29,232 nt of DNA from a virus (taxonomy: Duplodnaviria; Caudoviricetes), in the IMG/VR virus record IMGVR_UViG_3300030116_000681, positions 1 through 29,232 of that record, one strand, 5' to 3'. The position numbers and the translations under genes were made by a program. Every line of letters begins with the position of its first letter. Position 1 is the first letter of the stretch. The notes under the pieces were generated by a model. The model was not told where the DNA came from and did not search any database. It saw nothing but the letters and a program-made list of their open reading frames with translations. Shown here in pieces: positions 1-8,406 of this stretch.

Positions 1-1
1 A

Positions 2-28
2 GCTTTCGTATTTAGGAGACAAATATGA
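2..28 (+). CDS. 3' end of an upstream gene (…AFVFRRQI*), truncated by the window edge
   Basis: Open frame from 2 ends in TGA 26-28 overlapping ATG 25 (ATGA coupling). Only 8 codons are visible. Confidence 0.4.
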   Translation, partial: AFVFRRQI

Positions 29-213
29 TAAATAAACTGTGGAAATGGTTTGTTGAAGCAATTAAAGAAACATTAAACCTTAGTTGGACTTTGGTTGGTT
101 TGATTATTGCAACGCTGACATTGACAGGGTCTGCACAGCAGGTGACAGGCGTAGCTACTGTAATTACATTAGCTGTATGGTTATTAACAATAGGATTTAG
201 GAAAGGAGAATAA
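25..213 (+). CDS. Small two-TM membrane protein (lysis region, holin-like)
   Basis: AGGAG SD at 14-18; two hydrophobic stretches (WTLVGLIIATLTL, VTGVATVITLAVWLL) and a charged C-tail. Confidence 0.75.
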   Translation: MINKLWKWFVEAIKETLNLSWTLVGLIIATLTLTGSAQQVTGVATVITLAVWLLTIGFRKGE

Positions 214-214
214 C

Positions 215-262
215 ATGGCAAATGGAGAATGTTGTGGTGGTGGATGCTGTGGCGGAAAGTAA
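215..262 (+). CDS. Micro-ORF MANGECCGGGCCGGK (15 aa, Cys/Gly-rich)
   Basis: AAAGGAG at 202-208, 6 nt before ATG 215; TAA 260-262. Absent from the ORF track because of its size. Confidence 0.5.
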   Translation: MANGECCGGGCCGGK

Positions 263-350
263 CTGCTACACTTATATAGATGAGAATGGAACACATATAA
301 GCGTGTGCCACTGTAAGTATGGAGGTATAGGTGAAACTCACAGTTGTTAG
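249..350 (+). CDS. Small Cys/His-rich ORF (VAESNCYTYIDENGTHISVCHCKYGGIGETHSC; alternative ATG at 222)
   Basis: Fills the gap between the micro-ORF and gene 331; TAG 348-350; start uncertain. Confidence 0.4.
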   Translation: MAESNCYTYIDENGTHISVCHCKYGGIGETHSC

Positions 351-921
351 AACACAATTCGGAACAGATGCAACCAATGGGTTGCTATTTATAGATGGTG
401 TATTTGAGTGTTATACACTTGAAGACCAGTATCAAGCAGTAAAGGTTATGCATGAAACTTGCATACCTGAAGGAACATACGATATACAATTTAGAAAGAC
501 AGGTGGATTTCATGCAAAGTATTCTGAAAGATATAAGAACGCACACTATGGAATGTTACACATACAAGATGTACCTAACTTTACCTATATTCTTATACAT
601 ACAGGAAATACTGATGAACATACATCAGGTTGTTTAATTGTTGGAGAAACTCAACAAGATTTAGAAATATCTAAAGATGGATTTATAGGCAGCAGTACAG
701 TAGCTTACAAGAAAATGTACGCTAAAGTTGCAGCTCAATTACTTCAAGGTAAAAAAGTTACTATTGAATATACAACTATTAACAAGTTATTAGAAAAAGA
801 AGTTGATAATAAAGCTAAAGAACATACAGTATTAGCTAATACTGTGTATGAAAAGCTTCAAGAAATTAATGGAAATGTATTGACTATCAAAGCCAAGCTC
901 AATGGAAAGGTGATAATGTAA
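331..921 (+). CDS. DUF5675-like protein, candidate endolysin/peptidoglycan peptidase
   Basis: GGAGG SD with GTG start; motifs CYTLE, CIPEGTY and ILIHTGN…TSGCLIVG match my recollection of DUF5675; directly upstream of the holin. Confidence 0.75.
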   Translation: MKLTVVRTQFGTDATNGLLFIDGVFECYTLEDQYQAVKVMHETCIPEGTYDIQFRKTGGFHAKYSERYKNAHYGMLHIQDVPNFTYILIHTGNTDEHTSGCLIVGETQQDLEISKDGFIGSSTVAYKKMYAKVAAQLLQGKKVTIEYTTINKLLEKEVDNKAKEHTVLANTVYEKLQEINGNVLTIKAKLNGKVIM

Positions 922-1211
922 TGTCAGATTTATTCGAAAAGAATAATAGAAGAAGAAACCAAGAGGGTAAGTTCAAGAAGGACTTATGGTGGACTCCTTG
1001 GAATGATGCATGGAGTTACAAAATGAGTGAAGACTTAAAAGACATGTTGGAAAGAACTGCATGGACCTTCATTGAAGCGTTCATTGGTGCATTAACAGTT
1101 GCCCCATTAGTTGGTGTAGAAGCTGAAACAATTCAGTTAGCTGCATTAGCAGGTGGTGGTGCTGCACTAGCAGTTGTGAAAACATACGCTAAAAAACAAA
1201 TTAGCAAGTAG
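921..1211 (+). CDS. Holin (r1t-like) with N-terminal extension
   Basis: ERTAWTFIEAFIG…AALAGGGAALAVVK two-TM pattern typical of r1t-type holins; TAATG coupling at 919-923; second in-frame Met at 1023. Confidence 0.75.
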   Translation: MSDLFEKNNRRRNQEGKFKKDLWWTPWNDAWSYKMSEDLKDMLERTAWTFIEAFIGALTVAPLVGVEAETIQLAALAGGGAALAVVKTYAKKQISK

Positions 1212-1218
1212 TTTAAAT

Positions 1219-1260
1219 AGCAAAGCCGAGGGTGTTATCCTTTCTACCTCGGCTCTTGCT
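1219..1260. terminator. Stem-loop between convergent lysis and early modules
   Basis: agcaa-agccgagg (1219-1231) pairs with cctcggct-c-ttgct (1247-1260). No strong U-tract on either strand. Confidence 0.6.
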
Positions 1261-1267
1261 TATCTAA

Positions 1268-2029
1268 TTAAAAGGGTGCTTCACCCGGTTTGATGTCATC
1301 TAATGATTTTGCTTTAGGTAATGTCATACCATTTTGAACTGCAGCAAAATCTTTCCAACCATCAGGTGTTGCTTTGTTATCCATCCACCAAGATTTAGCA
1401 AATACTTTACCATCTACTGTATCTCCACCTACACACTGACCCATCATTGAACATCTAAAGTCAGGACTTTTTGCAGATTTCTTTTCTGAATCAGGTATAT
1501 ATTTAACTTCACACTGCTTATCGCAAGGACATAAAAGTCCATCACTACTCATAGCAGGTTTACCATTAGCGTGTTTAGAAACCTTATCACCAAAACCAGC
1601 TTCCTTAAGCTGTTGAGCAGGAGAAACAGTAGTAGAAGTTCCTGACTCTTTACCTTTTACTACTGGTTTCTCCTGTGGTTTTGGCGTTGTGGATACCTTT
1701 GACATTTCTTGTACTGTAGGTCTTTTCTTATTAGAGCCTTGATATTTCCAATTACCTAATGCACGACCAATCGCAGATGTTTCACAGTTTTCCATCCACG
1801 CATCAGCATTAGCAAAGCCACCTTGACCTTTAGTTTCCTGAGCTATTCCTGTTGCCACAGGTAACACTACCTTTGCATCAGGGAATACCTCTGCTTTAAT
1901 TGTTACACATGTACCATCATCAGTAATGTGTACAACGCTTGTATCTATACGACCGTTAGGATTTTCAGCCCAAAACTTCTTGAGCCTATCTTCCACCATT
2001 TCGTATTCATTTAAATTAAATTTAGCCAC
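1268..2029 (-). CDS. Putative single-strand annealing/recombination protein with C-terminal Zn ribbon
   Basis: Y-x2-V-x2-R…ATGxAxE…ENCETSAIGRAL N-domain; C-terminal CPC…PDFRC…C…SWW; AAGGAGG SD with GTG start. Confidence 0.65.
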   Translation of the reverse strand: MAKFNLNEYEMVEDRLKKFWAENPNGRIDTSVVHITDDGTCVTIKAEVFPDAKVVLPVATGIAQETKGQGGFANADAWMENCETSAIGRALGNWKYQGSNKKRPTVQEMSKVSTTPKPQEKPVVKGKESGTSTTVSPAQQLKEAGFGDKVSKHANGKPAMSSDGLLCPCDKQCEVKYIPDSEKKSAKSPDFRCSMMGQCVGGDTVDGKVFAKSWWMDNKATPDGWKDFAAVQNGMTLPKAKSLDDIKPGEAPF

Positions 2030-2049
2030 TACGCCTCCTTTGACTATTT

Positions 2050-2199
2050 TTATTCTTCTTCTAATTTAACATTGTCAATATGAGTAATGCCTACTTTAAT
2101 AAGCACTTGTTCATACTTGCCATCTTGTTCTATTAAGAGTTTAGGTATTGTACCTACTCCTGCGAACTCAACAGCTTTGACATTAATTGTTTTTGCCAT
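2050..2199 (-). CDS. Hypothetical protein, 49 aa (MAKTINVKAVEFAGVGTIPK…LEEE)
   Basis: Translated by hand; GAGGA SD in the end of the upstream gene; fills the intergenic gap. Confidence 0.75.
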   Translation of the reverse strand: MAKTINVKAVEFAGVGTIPKLLIEQDGKYEQVLIKVGITHIDNVKLEEE

Positions 2200-2202
2200 A
2201 TA

Positions 2203-3270
2203 CTATTCCTCTAAATTGACTAAGTATTCTGCAGTTACACCTTTGTCAGGTTTCACAAACAAACAAAACTGTGATGGTCTACCCATACTAGCTAATTGTT
2301 CTTGTGCATAACTGTTGTAACTTTCAGTCGAACCATTTACCCATACACGAACATCATTAATATATAGTGATGTTGGTGTGTGATAATGTCCTGCAACTGC
2401 GTGTGTAAAGTCTTCCATCAAACCATTTGCTGCAAGAGCTTTCCAACCTAGTATCTTCTTGTTATAACCGTAAAACGGAACGCCCATTGAACCACGGATA
2501 TTATCTCCATGGAAACAAAAGAACTTAGCAGCTTCCCCTAAATTAGCTACTGTGTACCAATGATTATCAACGCCTTCAGGGATGATAAAGTTTATTCTCT
2601 TTTCACCCTTGAACATAGTCTGTAAGATTTTTCCTAACATTCTATCAGCATTCGTTTCCGGATTGTAATCTCTGCGTGACCTTCCCCCAAGAGCACCATG
2701 ATTACCTATCACCCAGTATACATCTACTTCTTGAAAGTTTTCTAACAAAATTGACAAGAAGCTGTGCATCATTCTAGGTCCATCTACTGTTACTTGCCTA
2801 TACAAAGAACTATCAATTAAATGTGACTGCCCTGGAAATATAAGCTCTCCTTCGACTATATCTCCTAGACATAATACGGCACACTTATTTATTTTATGTG
2901 TAGCCCTTTGTATCTCTGCAAGCTTTACAATCTTATGTGCATATCTTATTACTCTCTCCTCAGCTACAGAACTGTCGTAGTCCGGGGTTCTCTTCGCAAG
3001 TTGTATATCTGATAGCAACGGCACACAAATCTCCTCTTGTTTTGTGCGTTTTTTAGATGGTGTTGGTTTAGATATTTTGGGAAGTGTGAGAGTAGACATG
3101 CCGTCTTTAGCACCACGATAAACTGCCTCAATCATATCAGCTTTCTTGTCTTTCAGCTTGTCGATTTGTTTAAGCAATCTCTCGTTAGTGTTCTTTAATT
3201 CTTTAACTTTGTCGCTCTCAGCCTCAGCTAAAAGCTCTGCAAGGTCTTTCTCTTTAGGATTTTTCGGCAT
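2203..3270 (-). CDS. Calcineurin-like metallophosphoesterase with N-terminal coiled coil
   Basis: Five motifs: LSDIQ, LGDIVEG, IGNHG, FHGD, AGHYH. Confidence 0.9.
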   Translation of the reverse strand: MPKNPKEKDLAELLAEAESDKVKELKNTNERLLKQIDKLKDKKADMIEAVYRGAKDGMSTLTLPKISKPTPSKKRTKQEEICVPLLSDIQLAKRTPDYDSSVAEERVIRYAHKIVKLAEIQRATHKINKCAVLCLGDIVEGELIFPGQSHLIDSSLYRQVTVDGPRMMHSFLSILLENFQEVDVYWVIGNHGALGGRSRRDYNPETNADRMLGKILQTMFKGEKRINFIIPEGVDNHWYTVANLGEAAKFFCFHGDNIRGSMGVPFYGYNKKILGWKALAANGLMEDFTHAVAGHYHTPTSLYINDVRVWVNGSTESYNSYAQEQLASMGRPSQFCLFVKPDKGVTAEYLVNLEE

Positions 3271-3529
3271 ACTGTTTCTCCAAGTCTGCTAGCCACAAAC
3301 GAACACGACTACGGGAAACAATAAAATTATATTCTCGTTCCAATATTTCACTAACTACTCTAGCGTTAGCTTTTGTGCCTTCTTGTGCAACCCTCTTTGA
3401 TAATGTTTCAATAAAAGGAATAGCCTCTTTAGGTATTCTCTCATACCAATGGACATTACCACCATTGATTTTTCTAGTAGCCTCATCTATGAGAGAGGTT
3501 ACTTCTTTGATATTGTCTGTATTACTCAT
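3254..3529 (-). CDS. Small possible HTH DNA-binding protein
   Basis: NARVVSEILEREYNFIVSRSRVRLWL is helix-turn-helix-like; overlaps the phosphoesterase start. Confidence 0.65.
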   Translation of the reverse strand: MSNTDNIKEVTSLIDEATRKINGGNVHWYERIPKEAIPFIETLSKRVAQEGTKANARVVSEILEREYNFIVSRSRVRLWLADLEKQYAEKS

Positions 3530-3535
3530 GAGTTA

Positions 3536-3564
3536 AGTGTAATGTGGTTGTGATTTAAGTGCAA
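3536..3564 (-). promoter_or_regulatory. Sigma70-type promoter giving a leaderless mRNA
   Basis: TTGCAC (3564-3559)-17 nt-TACACT (3541-3536); ATG 3529 lies 6 nt further with no SD; T-tract upstream. Confidence 0.7.
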
Positions 3565-3601
3565 GTATTTAAAAAAAGATTATGCATATGCATATGCGTA
3601 G

Positions 3602-3654
3602 AAAAAAATAAAAAAAAGTAGAGGTGTGGAAACTATAAAAACACACCTCTACTT
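3602..3654 (-). terminator. Rho-independent terminator
   Basis: 13-bp perfect stem aagtagaggtgtg (3616-3628)/cacacctctactt (3642-3654) followed by a long U-tract on the - strand. Confidence 0.9.
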
Positions 3655-3685
3655 ATACGGCAGATAAAGTACTGAGAGTTATACC

Positions 3686-5440
3686 TTATCTTTTTACTGA
3701 TAGCTCTTTTGCTACCTGTTTAACCATTTCAATATCCTCAATCGGAATTATATTGTTCAACAATACAAAGCGTTCAATTTCTTTTAACTTGTCTTTAGCA
3801 AGAGTTTTAACTCTCCTGCTACCACTACTACCTACACCAATAACTTGTTGGTCTGATACCCAAATTCTTGGCTCTGGTTTTTCTGCTAGTAATTTCAACG
3901 CTTCAAAGTCAATAGAGTTGTTACCATAATGAGTAAGTTTGTCTATTGCATCTGTGTCCATGTTGCCGTTGTCTGCAATAATATGGACTTCACCATCATA
4001 ATTGTCTATGTCATATCCATAACCGACATAACCAGCAATCCAACTAGCTGGGAGTAGATTAACAACTTCCTCAATATCCTCTGAGGAAAAGCCCATACTA
4101 CCCGAACAGTCAATCATCATGCTACCACCTGCAACAGTCTTTCTACTTTGGAATACTTTTCTATCAGTAGTTAGTCTGTGCATGTTCTTAGGAACTACAC
4201 CACTATCGTGGTTTCTTTTCCTAAGTTCTCTAATGGCTTTATGTATTTTCTTGTTAGGACTAAACCTATTCAACTTAGCAATACCATGAACACCACCTTC
4301 GTTAGAATTGTGGTCTACAAAATGTCTGAAGTTTCTTTCATGTTTTCTATCAGCATCTTGCATAATCTTGTCAGCAAGTTCATCACTAATCTGTGGAGGT
4401 AGAACTAAACCATCAGGATTTAATTCTACTTCTTTTTCAGTAGGTTTGTACTCCTCACTAGGTAGGACAGTAGTACGAACATATCTCATGTTCCTCTCTC
4501 CCCACCAACTAGCAGTACCCATTAAGAACTTGTAAGTTCTATTTAGTCTGTATCTAATTTGCTTAGATGATAGTTTGACTTGAAATGACCTTGTATGTCC
4601 TACCTCACTGTCATACCTGTACTTATAATCATATGTACTGTATCTTGAAACATATCTCATAGTTTCTTGTACAGTATCTTTAACTTTGCCGATTACATTG
4701 TGTATGTATCTAACATCATCATCAGCTACATCAACAGGTATATCATAAGAAAGCAAACTTCTTACAATGTTTTCTAGCTTAGACTTATCTATCAAGTCAT
4801 ACCTACCTAATGACAAGTTGTATAAAGCTAGGTCTTTCAACAGTTTGAAGTAGAACTTTTCAAGACTTTTGTGCTGATAGAGTTCTCTAACAGCTCTGTA
4901 TATCTTGAGTTCTACATCTGTTGTATCGGGATAAACACCAATCTTGTTACCCCAACCACCAAACTGTTTCCATAGGTTGTAGAAGTAAAGTTCATTTCTA
5001 CCAATTACTTTATCCTCTGCTTCTTCATCAGAACAGTCATAGTCCATAGCATACTTCTCTACTTTGTTTTTGAGTTTGTTATATCTTGTATAACCACCCA
5101 TTTTCTCAAGAGTATTCTTAACTCTGATAAGTGCATACTTGTAACCATTTAGCATTTGTGCTATGTAAAGTATCTCTGGATTTTTCCTTAGAAACTTCAT
5201 ACCACGATACAATATCTTTGCAAAGATACCTGCTTGAACAACGAACTGCCTATCCATTTCATTACTTGTTGTAAGCCAAGTAGGGATATTGATATCGTTC
5301 TTGTCCTCGTATATGTGTGGAGTGTCTGTATAAACAACTTTGTGTTGCCTTACATCATTACCAAACAATGACATGTTCGGTAATGATACAGGTAGTCCAC
5401 TTACTTTAGCTTTCCTAACTTTGAATAAACTATTCATCAT
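3686..5440 (-). CDS. VWA/MIDAS-domain protein, partner of the MoxR AAA+ ATPase
   Basis: C-terminal MMIDCSGSM (DxSxS) and RIWVSD; adjacent to the AAA gene. Start may be 5437. Confidence 0.8.
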   Translation of the reverse strand: MMNSLFKVRKAKVSGLPVSLPNMSLFGNDVRQHKVVYTDTPHIYEDKNDINIPTWLTTSNEMDRQFVVQAGIFAKILYRGMKFLRKNPEILYIAQMLNGYKYALIRVKNTLEKMGGYTRYNKLKNKVEKYAMDYDCSDEEAEDKVIGRNELYFYNLWKQFGGWGNKIGVYPDTTDVELKIYRAVRELYQHKSLEKFYFKLLKDLALYNLSLGRYDLIDKSKLENIVRSLLSYDIPVDVADDDVRYIHNVIGKVKDTVQETMRYVSRYSTYDYKYRYDSEVGHTRSFQVKLSSKQIRYRLNRTYKFLMGTASWWGERNMRYVRTTVLPSEEYKPTEKEVELNPDGLVLPPQISDELADKIMQDADRKHERNFRHFVDHNSNEGGVHGIAKLNRFSPNKKIHKAIRELRKRNHDSGVVPKNMHRLTTDRKVFQSRKTVAGGSMMIDCSGSMGFSSEDIEEVVNLLPASWIAGYVGYGYDIDNYDGEVHIIADNGNMDTDAIDKLTHYGNNSIDFEALKLLAEKPEPRIWVSDQQVIGVGSSGSRRVKTLAKDKLKEIERFVLLNNIIPIEDIEMVKQVAKELSVKR

Positions 5441-6167
5441 CAGTTTCTTCTACATAACCATTTTCGGTTTGTATACCCAAAGCATTTAGAACAGCAAATT
5501 GTTCCTCATCATTTGGAAACAACAACCCAACTGCAACTTCGGTTTTCACTCCGTTGTCCATTAGTTTTTGTAGCTCAACCCACTTACGAACAGAGAAGTT
5601 TCTCTTGTCTGTATCTAGGTATATAGATGAAAGTCTGTTACCCAAAGAACTCAATGCCTCGGGATGTACAGTATCAATGTTTAGCTTTACAGGAAACCTA
5701 TCAGCTAAAGCCTCAGGTAAGTCATCAGGAGTTCCGTTCATTGTAGCAACAACTTGGAAACTATCCATTGGTCTTACATACTCAGCTTCATCATTAGGTA
5801 GATTGAAACCTGCAAACTCTTTATCATCAAGCAACGCATGGAGAAATGTTTGCACATCTGCACCTGCATGGTCTATCTCATTGATAACAAGTCTTGCACC
5901 TTCTTTAAATGCTCTTACACCATTACCATCTTTCCAACGAAAACCACCATCACTAGTAGCAATATAATGCCCCATGAGTTCAGTAGCCGTACTGTCTGCT
6001 GTTAGTGTAATGTTGTAAGTACCTTGTCCTTTCCTCAAACCAAATCTGTTGGCTTGATATGTTTTACCTGTACCTGCAACTCCATACAGAAGTATTCTAT
6101 CTGCACTTTGAATTACGGCACTTAGCTTATCCCAACAATTCATGTCGGCATAATCTTTTTCTTCCAT
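5430..6167 (-). CDS. MoxR-family AAA+ ATPase (CbbQ/NorQ/CobS-like)
   Basis: Walker A GVAGTGKT, ELMG…FRWKDG, Walker B variant LVINEID, sensor VVATMN, arginine finger ALADRF. Confidence 0.9.
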   Translation of the reverse strand: MEEKDYADMNCWDKLSAVIQSADRILLYGVAGTGKTYQANRFGLRKGQGTYNITLTADSTATELMGHYIATSDGGFRWKDGNGVRAFKEGARLVINEIDHAGADVQTFLHALLDDKEFAGFNLPNDEAEYVRPMDSFQVVATMNGTPDDLPEALADRFPVKLNIDTVHPEALSSLGNRLSSIYLDTDKRNFSVRKWVELQKLMDNGVKTEVAVGLLFPNDEEQFAVLNALGIQTENGYVEETDDE

Positions 6168-6679
6168 TATTCTTCCTCTCTCTTTAGCATTTCTTCAAAC
6201 TGAGAAATGACATCAGTTGTTAGTTTGTCTTTATCAATGTTATTCCAAACATCTTTCCTGTCTTTTCTAGCTAGAGTTTCATCTATCCACCTAACATCAG
6301 GTATGTTTGGTAGTATCTCTAGTGCCTCAATAGGAACATCAACAGCAACTTGTGAATACTCTGTTTCCAATAGAGTTCCATCTTTGCTTTTGATAATAAC
6401 CTCAAAGAACATACGGACATGAGTATCTACTCTTTCCCCTGCTCTGTGATAATGAGGCATAGCCATTAGCAATACAACAGGAAACCTGTCATCTGCTACA
6501 ACTTTCATATCGCTTTCAATAGTTTCATCAAGAAACTCTGGAAGGATTTGTCTGTTGTACTCTAGGTCAATAGCTAGTCCATTGAGATATTTGAGTATCT
6601 CTACTGTGATAGCACAGTTCTTTAGTCTTTCACTAAATTCAGCAATGTCTTTACTATCTCCTTCTATTCCACTAGGCAT
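6167..6679 (-). CDS. Hypothetical protein
   Basis: AGGAG SD; TAATG coupling to the AAA gene. Confidence 0.8.
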   Translation of the reverse strand: MPSGIEGDSKDIAEFSERLKNCAITVEILKYLNGLAIDLEYNRQILPEFLDETIESDMKVVADDRFPVVLLMAMPHYHRAGERVDTHVRMFFEVIIKSKDGTLLETEYSQVAVDVPIEALEILPNIPDVRWIDETLARKDRKDVWNNIDKDKLTTDVISQFEEMLKREEE

Positions 6680-7019
6680 TATCTCTCCTCACTACTTTTG
6701 CATACAATCTAACAGTTCCACCTTTCTCGGTAGCGTTTTGTCTTATAGCAGTTTTCAACTCGCACTCAGGATATAGCTCATCAAATTGCTTCGTGTAATA
6801 CACACATGAAGTTCTAATAGAGTTAGCTTTGTTAGTAGTTCTCTTACCACCACCTACATTATGTTCCTCATGTATGAGAAATACTTTTCCTATATTCGCC
6901 ATTAGCAAACTAACTGTTGAATTAGTAAAGTATTTTTTCTGTCTTCCGTGTAATACACCACGCTTTGTATAAGCAGGAAACTCTGTTCCTACCATCTTTA
7001 CTTCAAATTCATCACTCAT
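6672..7019 (-). CDS. Hypothetical protein
   Basis: AAGGAGG SD at ~7026-7032; several tandem ATG/TTG starts (7019-7025). Confidence 0.8.
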   Translation of the reverse strand: MSDEFEVKMVGTEFPAYTKRGVLHGRQKKYFTNSTVSLLMANIGKVFLIHEEHNVGGGKRTTNKANSIRTSCVYYTKQFDELYPECELKTAIRQNATEKGGTVRLYAKVVRRDNA

Positions 7020-7281
7020 CATCAACCTCCTTTAGATATGGTGATTTAGCAAACATTGTCGGCTTGTAAGTAAATTCTTTTGCTTTTCTCTTTGCTTCAG
7101 AACTTACACTAAAGATATAATCTTTCGTTCCAACTTTGTGTGCTGTTAATAACTTAGACATCAAGCTAATTGTTTCTATTGCTTCTTCTCTAGTAACTTC
7201 ACTATCAAAGACATAATCAACAATTAATGTATTGACATCTTTTGTACTGCTTCCATCTATGAACTCATAAATGTCGCTCAT
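7012..7281 (-). CDS. Hypothetical protein
   Basis: GAGGAGG SD; TAATG coupling. Confidence 0.8.
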   Translation of the reverse strand: MSDIYEFIDGSSTKDVNTLIVDYVFDSEVTREEAIETISLMSKLLTAHKVGTKDYIFSVSSEAKRKAKEFTYKPTMFAKSPYLKEVDDE

Positions 7282-7712
7282 TATTCCTCCTCAAGTAACT
7301 CGTGTTGCATACCTGCTATAGTAAACATCTCTCTAGCATCACCCCACGCTTTCTTGAAGTCTTCTATTTCTTCATCTGTCAATTCCTCTGGAACATTGAA
7401 CATTGGATTAGACTGCATAGCTTTCAGCACATCCTCAGCACTTTCTTTTCTAGAAAGTTCCTCTGCAAAATTAACAAACTCCTTGTTAGATAACATTTGT
7501 ACTTGTATCTTTTCTGTACAATCCTGAGGTAGTTCCCCATTAAGTACAATAGTCATAAGCATTTTGCTTACTTCCATTAGTTTGCTATCAAGGATTTCTA
7601 TTCTTTGTTTGAGATACTCAGTATTACCCATGAGTTTCAACATCATTTCAATCATGCCGTCATCATCAGCTAGATACTCTTTCATCTCTAACATGTCCTT
7701 TGGTAAGGTCAT
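7281..7712 (-). CDS. Hypothetical acidic, Met-rich helical protein
   Basis: GAGGAGG SD; TAATG coupling at both ends. Confidence 0.8.
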   Translation of the reverse strand: MTLPKDMLEMKEYLADDDGMIEMMLKLMGNTEYLKQRIEILDSKLMEVSKMLMTIVLNGELPQDCTEKIQVQMLSNKEFVNFAEELSRKESAEDVLKAMQSNPMFNVPEELTDEEIEDFKKAWGDAREMFTIAGMQHELLEEE

Positions 7713-8242
7713 TATTCCTCCTCTTGTTTAGTAGATACCATTTTCAAAAAGTTCTCTACATCAGCACTAAACTTCTCAGGTTGAATTGCACCTGCAATAA
7801 CATTGTTTAGTATGTGTGGATTACCTATTGAAATAACATCTGGTTGAGTTCTGTATATGGCTTGTAAAAATGCTTTCACAAACTCATCATCATCACTCTC
7901 TATCATTTCACAAAAGCTATTGACTGTTCTTTCTAAGTCATCTTTTTCAATAGCTTTTCTAAATAGTTCTGCAATCGTGGATAGTCCTGCACTTACAGCT
8001 ATCTGAATATGTGTTTCCCACATCTCAGCCATAGCTACTACAGGATTAGTAGCTTCAACATATACTTTAGTTGTATCTACCTTTCCATTTTCATCAGGCT
8101 CTACATCATGGAGTACGCTTACTCCATAAGGTATTATGCCCATAGTTGCACGGAACTTACTAAAATGGTCAAAGCCCATTTCCTCAATTACATTTATCTG
8201 TTCATCAAAGTCGTCTTGGTTATCGGTAGCACCCATGCCCAT
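7712..8242 (-). CDS. Hypothetical acidic protein (start revised to MGMGATD…)
   Basis: AAAGGAGG SD 4-5 nt before ATG 8242 and TAATG coupling favour this start over TTG 8299. Confidence 0.8.
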   Translation of the reverse strand: MGMGATDNQDDFDEQINVIEEMGFDHFSKFRATMGIIPYGVSVLHDVEPDENGKVDTTKVYVEATNPVVAMAEMWETHIQIAVSAGLSTIAELFRKAIEKDDLERTVNSFCEMIESDDDEFVKAFLQAIYRTQPDVISIGNPHILNNVIAGAIQPEKFSADVENFLKMVSTKQEEE

Positions 8243-8385
8243 TACAACCTCCTTTTTGTGTTGAGTTTTCTTACACTTCCATACCCACAAGTCCAACACT
8301 TTACTATGTTGAGTACAGATGATTTTACATTGGCTAATTGTCCGACAACAGACATCTTGCCCTGCTTACAGTTATCACATATCAT
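8242..8385 (-). CDS. Zinc-ribbon microprotein, 47 aa (MICDNCKQG…KCWTCGYG…)
   Basis: Two CxxC motifs; AGAGGAG SD; stop overlaps the next ATG. Confidence 0.8.
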   Translation of the reverse strand: MICDNCKQGKMSVVGQLANVKSSVLNIVKCWTCGYGSVRKLNTKRRL

Positions 8386-8406
8386 TACTCTCTCCTCTGA
8401 TATAAA

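Noticed and set aside
6167-8242. Shared acidic C-termini (EEE*) as a targeting signal
   Set aside because: Mostly explained by GAGGAG SDs embedded before TAATG couplings.
8243-8299. TTG 8299 start for gene 7712
   Set aside because: Overlaps the Zn-ribbon ORF; a strong SD sits before ATG 8242.
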